Positions 15,550-24,284 of a stretch of 27,135 nucleotides of DNA are shown piece by piece. Source of the DNA: a virus. Taxonomy: Duplodnaviria > Caudoviricetes. Position 1 is the first letter of the stretch; the number at the start of each line of letters is the position of its first letter. The stretch is from IMG/VR virus record IMGVR_UViG_3300042858_000010, positions 1 through 27,135 of that record. One strand, given 5' to 3'. The position numbers were made by a program, and so were the translations under genes. The notes beneath the pieces were generated by a model that saw only the letters and a list, made by a program, of their open reading frames with translations, was not told the DNA's origin and did no database searches.

Positions 15550-16553
15550 GTCTTTATAAACCTTTCCTTTATGTTGAGATAAACAACCGGGATGTCTCAG
15601 CCTACATTACGCCCTATCTCCTGAGTTTTCGCTACATAGACAACGATGGCTTAGACAGAAATGAAAGCGACGATGTGGAAATAGAAGTTGAAGACAGCAT
15701 CGGCTTTTTCAGGAAAAACCCTCCAGCAAGAGGGTCAAGCCTTAAGGTCAGATTTGGCTACGAAGAAGCAGTGCGGGACGCAGGAGTATTCTTCATAGAC
15801 AGCTACACCTTTAGATATTCCCGAGAAGGAGCAACCTTTACCATCAAAGCTTTAGCTAAGGATGTTAAAGCAAGCTTTAGAACACTCAAGACTACCGCTT
15901 TTGAAAACACAAGCTTAAAGAAAATCGCCCAAGACATAGCCAAGAGAAACGGCTATAAGCTTTACTTTGAAGGTTCAGACATCACATTCCAGCGGATAGA
16001 CCAATACAAGCAGAGGGATCTGGAATTCCTGTCCCAACTCTGCAAACGCTACGGATACACCTGCAAAATTGCAGACGGGAAAATAGTCATTCAAGGAGTA
16101 GAAAGCATCCTCAATCGCAAAGCTACTTTCGTGCTAACGCCCGAGTGGGTGATAGACCTTGAGATAGAAGTTTCAAGCTTGTATGCTGGAGAGGTGGATG
16201 TGGTCTACCTTGACCCACAGAAGAAAGAAGCAACCGCAGACAAAAAGAAGGCTAACGTGAAGGCAAGCCAAGACAAGCAAGTAGAAAGAGTCAGGGTAGA
16301 AAACAAAGCACAGGCTGAAAGGATAAGCAACGCCCAAAAAACACTAAACGAGATGAGAGAGTTAAGAGGCAGGCTTACCTGCGTCGGCATCCCTTCCATC
16401 TACGCAAGCGGAAGCATTGAACTCAAAGGCTTTGATAGATTTGACGGTGTTTATTATGTCTCTCAGGTTGAGCACGAGATGACAAGGGACGGCTATACAA
16501 CCAGAATAGAATTTTTGAAAAAACCCACACAAGGTAAAGGAGGTAGGAAATGA
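15534..16553 (+). CDS. baseplate hub / late control D protein (P2 GpD-like)
   Basis: SDDVEIEVED, DQYKQRDLEFLSQLCKRYG and FDGVYYVSQVEH motifs. Confidence 0.87.
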   Translation: MADRIGLYKPFLYVEINNRDVSAYITPYLLSFRYIDNDGLDRNESDDVEIEVEDSIGFFRKNPPARGSSLKVRFGYEEAVRDAGVFFIDSYTFRYSREGATFTIKALAKDVKASFRTLKTTAFENTSLKKIAQDIAKRNGYKLYFEGSDITFQRIDQYKQRDLEFLSQLCKRYGYTCKIADGKIVIQGVESILNRKATFVLTPEWVIDLEIEVSSLYAGEVDVVYLDPQKKEATADKKKANVKASQDKQVERVRVENKAQAERISNAQKTLNEMRELRGRLTCVGIPSIYASGSIELKGFDRFDGVYYVSQVEHEMTRDGYTTRIEFLKKPTQGKGGRK

Positions 16554-17071
16554 TCAGGCGGGGCATCGTGGTAGCAGTTGACGAAAAGACCGCAAGAGTA
16601 AGAGTGCAGATGCCAGACCTGGACAACGTAGTCTCTAACTGGCTCCCAGTTGTCCATCACAAGACCCAAAAGGACAAGACTTATTGGCTACCCGACATAG
16701 GGGAATACGTGATTGTTGCCTTTGATGAGGAAGGAGAACACTCAGACGGCTATGTGTTGGGGGCTATTTACAACAACAAGGATACACCACCAGTTGCCAG
16801 CAGAGATAAGTTCTTTGTGCGGTTTGAGGATGGAACAGAGATTGAGTATGACAAGAAAACCCATCTTCTCCGAGTGAAGGCACAAACGGTTCAAATTCAA
16901 GCAACGACAGTTATCATTGAGAGTAACGTAAACATTGTTGGGAATTTGGCGGTGGTCGGTGGTGGTGCGAGCAGCGTGAACATTGTAGGCAACTTGGAAG
17001 TAGTCGGCAACATCCACGCCACGGGCTCCATCATAGACGAGGGAGGGAATACAAACCATCACAGCCACTGA
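16550..17071 (+). CDS. baseplate spike protein V (P2 GpV / Mu gp45-like)
   Basis: OB-fold start (ARVRV...SNWLPV...LPDIGEYV), beta-helix repeats VNIVGNL, terminal HHSH. Confidence 0.9.
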   Translation: MIRRGIVVAVDEKTARVRVQMPDLDNVVSNWLPVVHHKTQKDKTYWLPDIGEYVIVAFDEEGEHSDGYVLGAIYNNKDTPPVASRDKFFVRFEDGTEIEYDKKTHLLRVKAQTVQIQATTVIIESNVNIVGNLAVVGGGASSVNIVGNLEVVGNIHATGSIIDEGGNTNHHSH

Positions 17072-17072
17072 T

Positions 17073-17088
17073 TGCAATCTTTGCTTGA
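17073..17088 (+). promoter_or_regulatory. late-promoter motif, copy 2
   Basis: TGCAATCTTTGCTTGA; dyad centre 43 bp before ATG 17122. Confidence 0.65.
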
Positions 17089-17121
17089 ACTTTCCTTCGT
17101 TTGTTGCAATGTTTAAAGAGC

Positions 17122-17484
17122 ATGGAAGTAGGGATTTTTTCGCTGGTTCTGAAAGGTGGCTGGGCTGCAAGCCTTGCTTTTTTGTTGTATTTGCTTCTCA
17201 AGTTTGAGAAGAGGATGGAAAGTTTGTCAAGTGATATGAAGAAGCTTGAAGAAAAACTCGAGGACTATCACAAAAAAATGGTAAGCAAGGAGGAGTATTA
17301 TCGTGATGTAAGCGGGTGGCGGAACGAACTAAACAGGCTTATTCTAAAGCTTGAGGAACTACAGAAACACGGCGTCACCAAGGAAGAATACTACAGGGAC
17401 GTCAGCGGATGGAGAGCAGAAATACGAAGGCTTGATGAGCGACTACTAAAGGTTTTGGAAAAGTTTTCGGAGGTCCAAAGATGA
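17122..17484 (+). CDS. membrane-anchored coiled-coil protein (Mu gp25/DUF2730-like position) with internal repeat
   Basis: N-terminal TM segment; KEEYYRDVSGWR occurs twice. Confidence 0.65.
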   Translation: MEVGIFSLVLKGGWAASLAFLLYLLLKFEKRMESLSSDMKKLEEKLEDYHKKMVSKEEYYRDVSGWRNELNRLILKLEELQKHGVTKEEYYRDVSGWRAEIRRLDERLLKVLEKFSEVQR

Positions 17485-17765
17485 GTAAAAGCTTGCGAGG
17501 TCTAATTTTAGACTTCCTGAAAAGAATTTACCCTCGGGAGATTGAAGAACTTGAAGTGATTGCGGTCTTCTACCAATACCACAGAGACACGGAGATAAGG
17601 CAGGCACTCGCATACCTTGTGGACAAGGGCTATGTGGAGGCTAAGAAAGTGGCAATCCCTTATGACAAAAGACGCTACAGAACGCTTTACAAGATCACTC
17701 CAAAAGGGATTGACCTTTTAGAAGGAGAGATTGTGGATGACACCGTCCTTCCTCCCGAGGATTGA
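17481..17765 (+). CDS. winged-helix protein (Mu gp26-like)
   Basis: EIRQALAYLVDKGYV...YKITPKGIDLLEG; directly upstream of the small terminase. Confidence 0.72.
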   Translation: MSKSLRGLILDFLKRIYPREIEELEVIAVFYQYHRDTEIRQALAYLVDKGYVEAKKVAIPYDKRRYRTLYKITPKGIDLLEGEIVDDTVLPPED

Positions 17766-17768
17766 ACG

Positions 17769-18266
17769 ATGGCAAAACGCAAGAAGGCAGAACTCTACGA
17801 CCTTATACAACGTATCGTATATCTCTACGAGGAAGAGAAGAAAGACTTCAGGACAATAGCAAGCCTACTCCGATCTGAGGGCTACGACATCTCACGCTCA
17901 AGCATCCACCGTGCCTACAAAGATTACAAGGAACTTGCTAAACAATACAACGAATGGTGGGACAAGATAAAAATCCTTGTTGAACAAACGCAGAACAAAC
18001 CAACCAGCTTTATGCTCTCCGCCCTTGTTTCCATCCTTACCCAGCATGTGCTTGAGTTTGTGAAAGACATAGACTTCATGGAGTTTGATGATCCCGGAGA
18101 ACTCATTAAAGCGGTCAAGGAACTCACACAGATGACAAAGAGTTTAGAGGAATACGTCTCTGCAAAATTGCAGAAAGCAGTGGAAAAGATAGAGGAAGAG
18201 GGCAAGAAGAGGAACATAGACCCAGAGTTCCTAAGGCTTGTAAAGGAGGAAATTTATGGAGTTTGA
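17769..18266 (+). CDS. terminase small subunit (Mu gp27/DUF3486-like)
   Basis: HTH-like LRSEGYDISRSSIHRAY; directly upstream of the large terminase. Confidence 0.78.
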   Translation: MAKRKKAELYDLIQRIVYLYEEEKKDFRTIASLLRSEGYDISRSSIHRAYKDYKELAKQYNEWWDKIKILVEQTQNKPTSFMLSALVSILTQHVLEFVKDIDFMEFDDPGELIKAVKELTQMTKSLEEYVSAKLQKAVEKIEEEGKKRNIDPEFLRLVKEEIYGV

Positions 18267-19566
18267 AAAACTCCTCCTTCCTTACCAACGCCATGCCCTC
18301 CAGAAGATGCTTGAGAAGAAGTATTCCATCCTCATGTGGTCAAGGCAGACGGGAAAATCCTTCGTAGTCTCCCTTTTTGCAGTCTTGCGTGCTATTGAAA
18401 GAAAAAACCACCTCGTCGCCATCATCTCACCCACTGAAAGACAATCAAAAGAACTTATGGAGAAGGTCAAAAGACATGTGGAGTTTCTAAGACAGGTCGG
18501 TAAGCTAACTGGTGATGTGGAGTTTTTTGAAGATACACAAACTAACGTGCTTGAGGTTAGGTTCCCAAACCGTTCACGGATAATCGGACTTCCCGCAAAC
18601 CCTGACGGCGTGCGTGGTTTGACTGGTGATGTGATTTTAGAAGAGGCGGCATTTTTCAAAGACGGCTACAAGGTCTATCAAGCTATATTTCCAAGCATAA
18701 CAAGAAATCAGGACTTCAAGCTTGTGGTCATCTCAACACCGAAGGCAAAAAACGATATTTTTGGACACCTCTGGCAGATGTCCGAAGGAAACGACCTTTG
18801 GTTCCGGCAAAAGCTAACAATCTATGACGCAGTTAGTCTTGGGCTGGATGTGGATGTGGAGGAATTAAGAAAGGGCGTGCCAAACCAAGACATATGGCTT
18901 CAAGAGTATATGTGCGAGTTCTTGGACGAAGAGTCTGTCCTCCTTCCCTACGAGTTAATCCATGCCTGCACTGTGGAGGGTATAGAAGCAGACATAAGAG
19001 AATTGACTGGAGATGTCTATCTTGGCGTTGATATTGGAAGAAGGCATGACTTGACAGTGATAAGCATTCTTGAGAAGGTGGCAGGCAGGTATTATCTACG
19101 CAAGCAGGAAATCCTAAGGAAACTTCCTTTTTCCGAACAGTTTCAAATCATAGACCACCTAACCGCATACGCCCGCAAAGTTGCAATAGACGAGACAGGC
19201 ATAGGCATGCAGTTGGCGGAAGAACTTGCTAAGAAATGGGGAGAACTTAAGGTTCTGCGTGTTTACTTTACAGCCAAAGCAAAAGAAGAACTCGCAAGCC
19301 GGGTAAAAACAGTCTTTGAAGACAAGATCATTAGCATACCGCCCGACAAAGACCTGATTGAAGATTTGCACTCTGTGAAAAGGACGCTAACTCCCGCAGG
19401 GAACATACGCTACGAGGGAGAAACTCAAGACAGCCACGCAGACCGGTTTTGGAGTTTGGCATTAGCCCTTTACGCATCAAGCCAAGAGGAAACAAAAGAG
19501 TTTTTACCTGTGTTTTTTGCAAACCAAAAAAGAGGGATAAACTATGGACTTAGTGCGTTATCTTAA
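18256..19566 (+). CDS. terL: terminase large subunit (Mu gp28-like)
   Basis: LLPYQ, SRQTGKS Walker A, VILEEAAF, LGVDIGRRHD nuclease motif, HADRFWSLALA. Confidence 0.93.
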   Translation: MEFEKLLLPYQRHALQKMLEKKYSILMWSRQTGKSFVVSLFAVLRAIERKNHLVAIISPTERQSKELMEKVKRHVEFLRQVGKLTGDVEFFEDTQTNVLEVRFPNRSRIIGLPANPDGVRGLTGDVILEEAAFFKDGYKVYQAIFPSITRNQDFKLVVISTPKAKNDIFGHLWQMSEGNDLWFRQKLTIYDAVSLGLDVDVEELRKGVPNQDIWLQEYMCEFLDEESVLLPYELIHACTVEGIEADIRELTGDVYLGVDIGRRHDLTVISILEKVAGRYYLRKQEILRKLPFSEQFQIIDHLTAYARKVAIDETGIGMQLAEELAKKWGELKVLRVYFTAKAKEELASRVKTVFEDKIISIPPDKDLIEDLHSVKRTLTPAGNIRYEGETQDSHADRFWSLALALYASSQEETKEFLPVFFANQKRGINYGLSALS

Positions 19567-20782
19567 ACGGCTATTCAGGTCTGAAAAGGTAAACTTAGCT
19601 GACCTTCCAAAGGCAAGGGTCTCAGTCCAAGCCGAGAAGGTTTTAACTCCCAAGACCTTAGATGTGCGGTATAAGTTCGTTAATCCTAAGTATCCGAGAG
19701 AATGGCTAAACGTCATAGCCAAAGCAGTTGTTGCAAACCCTATCCTTTCCCAAGTCCATAACCTTACAATCAACTTAGCAAACACCGGGCACACTGTTCA
19801 GGTAGAAGGCAAAGACGCAGAGAAGGCAAGAGAGGAACTCAAAGAGCTTGCATTCCTTCTAAACACAGACCACCTCATTAATCAGCTAATCGCACAGATA
19901 AACATCTCTGGAGCTATATCGGCTGAAGTTGTGGTTGATGAAAAATTGCAGGGAGTGAAAAAGGTCGTGTTTGTGCCAGCCTCTACTGTGTATTTTGTCT
20001 ATAACGAAGAGACAGACGAATACGAACCCTACCAATGGGTCGGCAACGCAGAACCTATAAAACTTAACACGGCGACTTACAAATACTTGCCCCTACTTAC
20101 CCTTGAAGATTCACCCTACGCAATCCCTCCATTCCTTGCCTCCCTCTCTATCGTAGAAGTAGTAGAAAACATGATCGCAGAGCTTAAGGGTTTGGCACAG
20201 AAGATCGGTTTGATTGGCTTCTTGGACGTGAAGTTTCCACCACTTGCTAAAGCACCTAATGAAACAGAAACGGAATACCAAGAGAGGGCACTCAGATGGC
20301 TTGAGAACATCGCGCAACAAATAAGCGAGAATATGGCTAAAGGCATATTCCTTCACTTTGACGGAACAGAGGCGGAGTTTAAAGAAATATCACCCAATGC
20401 GGGAGGAATAAGGGAAATCATAGACCTTGCGGAAAAGTGGTTGATTGAGGGAGCAAAAAGCCAACCCGCAGTTCTTGGTTTTTCAACTGGCTACACTGAA
20501 ACTTGGGCAACTGTTGCTCTGCACGTTTTCTCCGCACAGCTTCAAAACATTCAAAGGCTTGTCAGACGATTCTTGGAATTCACTTACCGCCTGCATCTCA
20601 TGCTAAGAGGCTTTGACATAGATGATGTGAACATCATCTTCAACCCGCTTCCTGACTTTGAACCTCAAAAGAAAGCGGAAGCAAGGCTGAAGGAAGTTCA
20701 GAGAATAGTCCAACTCCTCCAAGCTGGCATTATTGATATTGAAACCGCAAAGAAAGAACTCGGCTACGGTCCCGAGGAGTAA
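19544..20782 (+). CDS. portal protein
   Basis: 412 aa between terL and gpF; C-terminal LLQAGIIDIETAKKELG typical of portals. Confidence 0.82.
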   Translation: MDLVRYLKRLFRSEKVNLADLPKARVSVQAEKVLTPKTLDVRYKFVNPKYPREWLNVIAKAVVANPILSQVHNLTINLANTGHTVQVEGKDAEKAREELKELAFLLNTDHLINQLIAQINISGAISAEVVVDEKLQGVKKVVFVPASTVYFVYNEETDEYEPYQWVGNAEPIKLNTATYKYLPLLTLEDSPYAIPPFLASLSIVEVVENMIAELKGLAQKIGLIGFLDVKFPPLAKAPNETETEYQERALRWLENIAQQISENMAKGIFLHFDGTEAEFKEISPNAGGIREIIDLAEKWLIEGAKSQPAVLGFSTGYTETWATVALHVFSAQLQNIQRLVRRFLEFTYRLHLMLRGFDIDDVNIIFNPLPDFEPQKKAEARLKEVQRIVQLLQAGIIDIETAKKELGYGPEE

Positions 20783-20784
20783 GC

Positions 20785-22125
20785 ATGGCTGAGTATGACT
20801 GGGACGCAGAAGGGAACGAGTTCATAGATGACCTTCTGAGAAGAATCCTTCCCGATTTTATAAAGAAAGTAGAGTCCGTTCTCACAGAGGCTTTCCGCTT
20901 TGCTCCTTACTTCATAAGCTTTAACGACTTTACACGGTTCATTATGCAAGAATTAGAACAGAAGGTCCGCCTATCGCCAGAACACAAGGAAATGCTTTAC
21001 TCTGAGTTCAGAAGGATCTACGAAAAAACACAAAAGGAAGCGACCGCAGGGATGCCAATACAGGTAGAGTTCAACATGGCAGACGAGCGCTCTATCAACT
21101 ATGCCCTGTCCCTAACTGATTTCTATCTTGGCAAGTTCTTCCAAGGAGACAAAAAGCTCCGCCTTGATGTAGTCAAGTGGCTTTCCAAGTATTACTTAGA
21201 ACAAGGAAACCCCATTGGTAAGGGGCAAGAGGGCATCAAGCATTTTCTAAACGAATTCGGAAGCTACCTCAAACAAAGAACAGAAGGTAAAGTAAGACAG
21301 ATCATAGACACCTCAGTTAATCACCTCCGGAACTCCGCAAGGCTAAGGGCTATAGCAAAGGCAAGGATTACAAAATACCGCTGGGATGCAGTAGGAGACA
21401 GGCTAACATGTCCTTATTGCCGAAGTATGGACGGGAGAATTTTTGATACGGGAGAAGCAATCAGAACATTAGAGTTTATAGAAGCTGACCCTGCATCTAT
21501 GCCTGAAGTAAAGCCCTTTCTGACAAGTTTCCCTTTAGATAAGCTAAAAAGCTTACCAAGCCAACGGATGCCGTCAAAGATGCCACCAGCCCACCCACAC
21601 TGCAGATGCAGAATCGTTGCTTTTATTGAAGAAATTGAAAAACCATACCCGGTCGTCGTAGAACCAGCCGTCCCACCCAGATCTCTTGAAGAAACTGCAA
21701 TTTTGCAGGAATTGACCACCGAATTGAAAGCCTTGCGTCCAGAGGAAATAACCGCTCGCATAAGAGCACATCTTGGAAGTGATTGGAGGCGTAATCCCGA
21801 CGGCACCTTTGACGCCAAAGCCAACAGACTTAAAGCCGAGTTTGAAAAGCATGCCAAAGAACTGGGAGTTAGCTCACTCAAGGAATACGAACAGCTAAGC
21901 TATGAAGTGATAAAAAAGCCCGAGCACGTCTTTATCCAGAGAGTTTTCAACCCTCAGACCAAAAAGTATGAAACGAACTACATCTTTGTCAAAAACGGTG
22001 TTTATGTGGTTTCAAACGACGAAAGCCTCGCCATCCAAACGTGTGCAAGACTGAAGAAAGATATAGAGGGCTTGCTTTCTGAACTCTCTGAACAACTACC
22101 GTCTGCTACAGTTAAGCTCTTCTGA
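20785..22125 (+). CDS. head morphogenesis protein (Mu gpF / SPP1 gp7 family) with C-terminal extension
   Basis: YRWDAVGDRLTCPYCRSMDG and PPAHPHCRC motifs, followed by about 170 extra residues. Confidence 0.87.
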   Translation: MAEYDWDAEGNEFIDDLLRRILPDFIKKVESVLTEAFRFAPYFISFNDFTRFIMQELEQKVRLSPEHKEMLYSEFRRIYEKTQKEATAGMPIQVEFNMADERSINYALSLTDFYLGKFFQGDKKLRLDVVKWLSKYYLEQGNPIGKGQEGIKHFLNEFGSYLKQRTEGKVRQIIDTSVNHLRNSARLRAIAKARITKYRWDAVGDRLTCPYCRSMDGRIFDTGEAIRTLEFIEADPASMPEVKPFLTSFPLDKLKSLPSQRMPSKMPPAHPHCRCRIVAFIEEIEKPYPVVVEPAVPPRSLEETAILQELTTELKALRPEEITARIRAHLGSDWRRNPDGTFDAKANRLKAEFEKHAKELGVSSLKEYEQLSYEVIKKPEHVFIQRVFNPQTKKYETNYIFVKNGVYVVSNDESLAIQTCARLKKDIEGLLSELSEQLPSATVKLF

Positions 22126-22130
22126 CTTTG

Positions 22131-22146
22131 TGAAATCTTTGCTTGA
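22131..22146 (+). promoter_or_regulatory. late-promoter motif, copy 3
   Basis: TGAAATCTTTGCTTGA; dyad centre 42 bp before ATG 22179. Confidence 0.62.
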
Positions 22147-22178
22147 AATCTTCCTTCCTATCTGCCATCCTTTTAACT

Positions 22179-22490
22179 ATGACTGTTATTGAACGGGACG
22201 CTGTAAAAAGCGTCTTGCAAAATATCCGTGTGATTTTAACAACGCCCAAAGGTTCCGATGTGCACCGCCCCGAATTTGGCTCAGAACTCTACAGATTTAT
22301 AGACCAACCACTTACAGCCCTAACAGTAGGCAAGATCAAAGCCTACATAGCAGATGAAATAGAAAGATGGGAACCAAGGGTAAAGGTCAAAGAAATCAAA
22401 CTTGATAGACGCCTTGAACGGACAAAGATACAGCTTGTATTAGCGATTGAAGGTATAGAAGGTTTAGTGGGTCAGGAGCTATGGATATAA
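22179..22490 (+). CDS. baseplate wedge protein W (gp25-like)
   Basis: ILTTPKGSDVHRPEFGS...IERWEPRV. Confidence 0.9.
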   Translation: MTVIERDAVKSVLQNIRVILTTPKGSDVHRPEFGSELYRFIDQPLTALTVGKIKAYIADEIERWEPRVKVKEIKLDRRLERTKIQLVLAIEGIEGLVGQELWI

Positions 22491-23578
22491 AGTTTGTAGA
22501 GACAGACGCAACTTATTGGGAAAGCTTACTGATTGACGCTTACGAAAAAATCACACAGCGACCACTCTACCCAGCAGACCCTGAACGGCTACTGATCAAC
22601 CTTCAAACCTATGCCAACACCCTTTTAGCCATAGCAATAAACGAGACTGCAAAACAGAACCTGCTTGCTTTCGCAAAAGGACAGTATCTTGACGCCCTTG
22701 CTGAGTTCTACGGAGTTCAAAGACTTCCCGCCAGGAAAGCACAAACCATCTTGCGTTTTTCTTTAGCGGAACCATTGAACTTTGATGTTATTATCCCTGC
22801 CGGAACAAGAGTACCCGCAGGAGACCTCTATTTTGCAACTTTGCAGGAAGCAAAGATCCCAGCTGGAAGCTTATATGTTGATGTCCCAGCTGAGTGCAAT
22901 GAAGCAGGAACAATAGGGAACGGTTTTTCTCCCGGACAGATAAAAGACCTCATGGACCCATTGCCTTACATCGCCTTCGTCTCAAACATCACCATGAGTA
23001 TGTATGGTGCGAATGAGGAAGATGATGAACGCTTTCGTGAGAGGATAAGACTATCCATTGAACGCTTCACCAATGCAGGTTCAAGACAAGCCTACATCTA
23101 CCACACACTTTCCGCCCACCAAGACATAGAAGATGTAGAGGTCTATAGCCCAGCCCCGGGTCAGGTAAAAGTCATATTCACCGTGAAAGGCGGCAACATC
23201 CCAGACGAAAGCATGCTCTCATTTGTTAGGGATTATTTGTCTTCGGAACGCATACGCCCCCTCACTGACCAAGTCTTAGTCTCTGCGCCTGAAGTGGTTT
23301 ACTACGACATTGATTTAACCTTTTATGTAAATAAGAAGGATGCTTCAAAGCTTTCCTTCATCCAATCCGCAGTAGAGAAAGCAGTCAATGACTTTATAGC
23401 TTGGACAAAATCCAAAATCGGAAGGGACATCCTACCTGAAGAACTAATACGGCTTGTCAAACAAGCAGGAGCTTACAGGGTAGATTTAGCCTTACCCACA
23501 AAGCACGAACTCACTATTGAACAAATAGCACACGCCCGAAACGTAAGCATTCGCTACGGAGGTTTGGTGGATGATTAA
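22481..23578 (+). CDS. baseplate J protein
   Basis: FAKGQYLDALA, GANEEDDERFRER, AGSRQAY and IRPLTDQV motifs. Confidence 0.92.
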   Translation: MDIKFVETDATYWESLLIDAYEKITQRPLYPADPERLLINLQTYANTLLAIAINETAKQNLLAFAKGQYLDALAEFYGVQRLPARKAQTILRFSLAEPLNFDVIIPAGTRVPAGDLYFATLQEAKIPAGSLYVDVPAECNEAGTIGNGFSPGQIKDLMDPLPYIAFVSNITMSMYGANEEDDERFRERIRLSIERFTNAGSRQAYIYHTLSAHQDIEDVEVYSPAPGQVKVIFTVKGGNIPDESMLSFVRDYLSSERIRPLTDQVLVSAPEVVYYDIDLTFYVNKKDASKLSFIQSAVEKAVNDFIAWTKSKIGRDILPEELIRLVKQAGAYRVDLALPTKHELTIEQIAHARNVSIRYGGLVDD

Positions 23579-24281
23579 AGAACTTACTCCTCCAAGCATA
23601 AGAGAACTTCAGCACTTAGTAGACACCTTTGACACAGGCTTTGAAGAGCTGAAAAAGCACATCATCAAGGTTCTTATTTACCCACGCATTGATGAGATAG
23701 AAGATGAGAAACTCCTTGATCTCCTTGCTTGGCAATTTCACATTGAAGGCTACGAACAAGCACAGACAATTCAAGACAAGCGCAATCTAATCAAGAACAC
23801 AATTGAACTCCACCGCTACAAGGGAACACCCTACGCAATAAAGAAAGTCTTCGAATCCCTGGGTTTAGATGCAAGCTTGCAAGAGTGGTTTGACTACGAC
23901 GGCAACCCCTACAAGTTCAAAGTGCTCGTTAAAAACATCATACAAGACGAAGACACATACATTAGATTCACCAAGCTAATCAACGAATACAAAAATGTTC
24001 GCAGTTGGCTTGACGCAATCGGCTTCCATCGTGAACACAGTCAAACCCTTTATTATGCCTCTGCTCAGAAGGATGGAAAGCACTATCATATCGGCTTACA
24101 TGTAGACGTATCAGTTGAACCTTATACCATCCACACAGGCTTTGCTCACAGGGTCGGGACATCTTACCAGATAGGCATCTACGAACCTCAAGTATCAGTT
24201 GAACAAGCAGGGATCTATGCGGGCGGTGTCCAGAGAATCGCAAGCTACATGGCTATATATCCAGAGCTAATTAGGAGGTAA
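23571..24281 (+). CDS. tail protein I (P2 GpI-like)
   Basis: LLDLLAWQFHI...HRYKGTPYAI...EWF...YKNVRSWL. Confidence 0.9.
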   Translation: MIKELTPPSIRELQHLVDTFDTGFEELKKHIIKVLIYPRIDEIEDEKLLDLLAWQFHIEGYEQAQTIQDKRNLIKNTIELHRYKGTPYAIKKVFESLGLDASLQEWFDYDGNPYKFKVLVKNIIQDEDTYIRFTKLINEYKNVRSWLDAIGFHREHSQTLYYASAQKDGKHYHIGLHVDVSVEPYTIHTGFAHRVGTSYQIGIYEPQVSVEQAGIYAGGVQRIASYMAIYPELIRR

Positions 24282-24284
24282 GAA

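Larger units (their letters stand above)
702..21708. repeat. dispersed 14-bp palindrome CTGCAA-WW-TTGCAG
   Basis: Exact copies at 702-715, 8139-8152, 13896-13909, 16061-16074, 18160-18173 and 21695-21708. Confidence 0.88.

Noticed and set aside
18628-18657. Terminase Walker B reading VILEE instead of hhhDE as a sign of inactivation
   Set aside because: The substitution is conservative and all other motifs are intact; not enough to call a defect.
702-21708. CRISPR array or REP-type element explanation for the repeated palindrome
   Set aside because: Copies are 14 bp, kilobases apart and inside coding sequence; there is no repeat-spacer periodicity and no cas gene.
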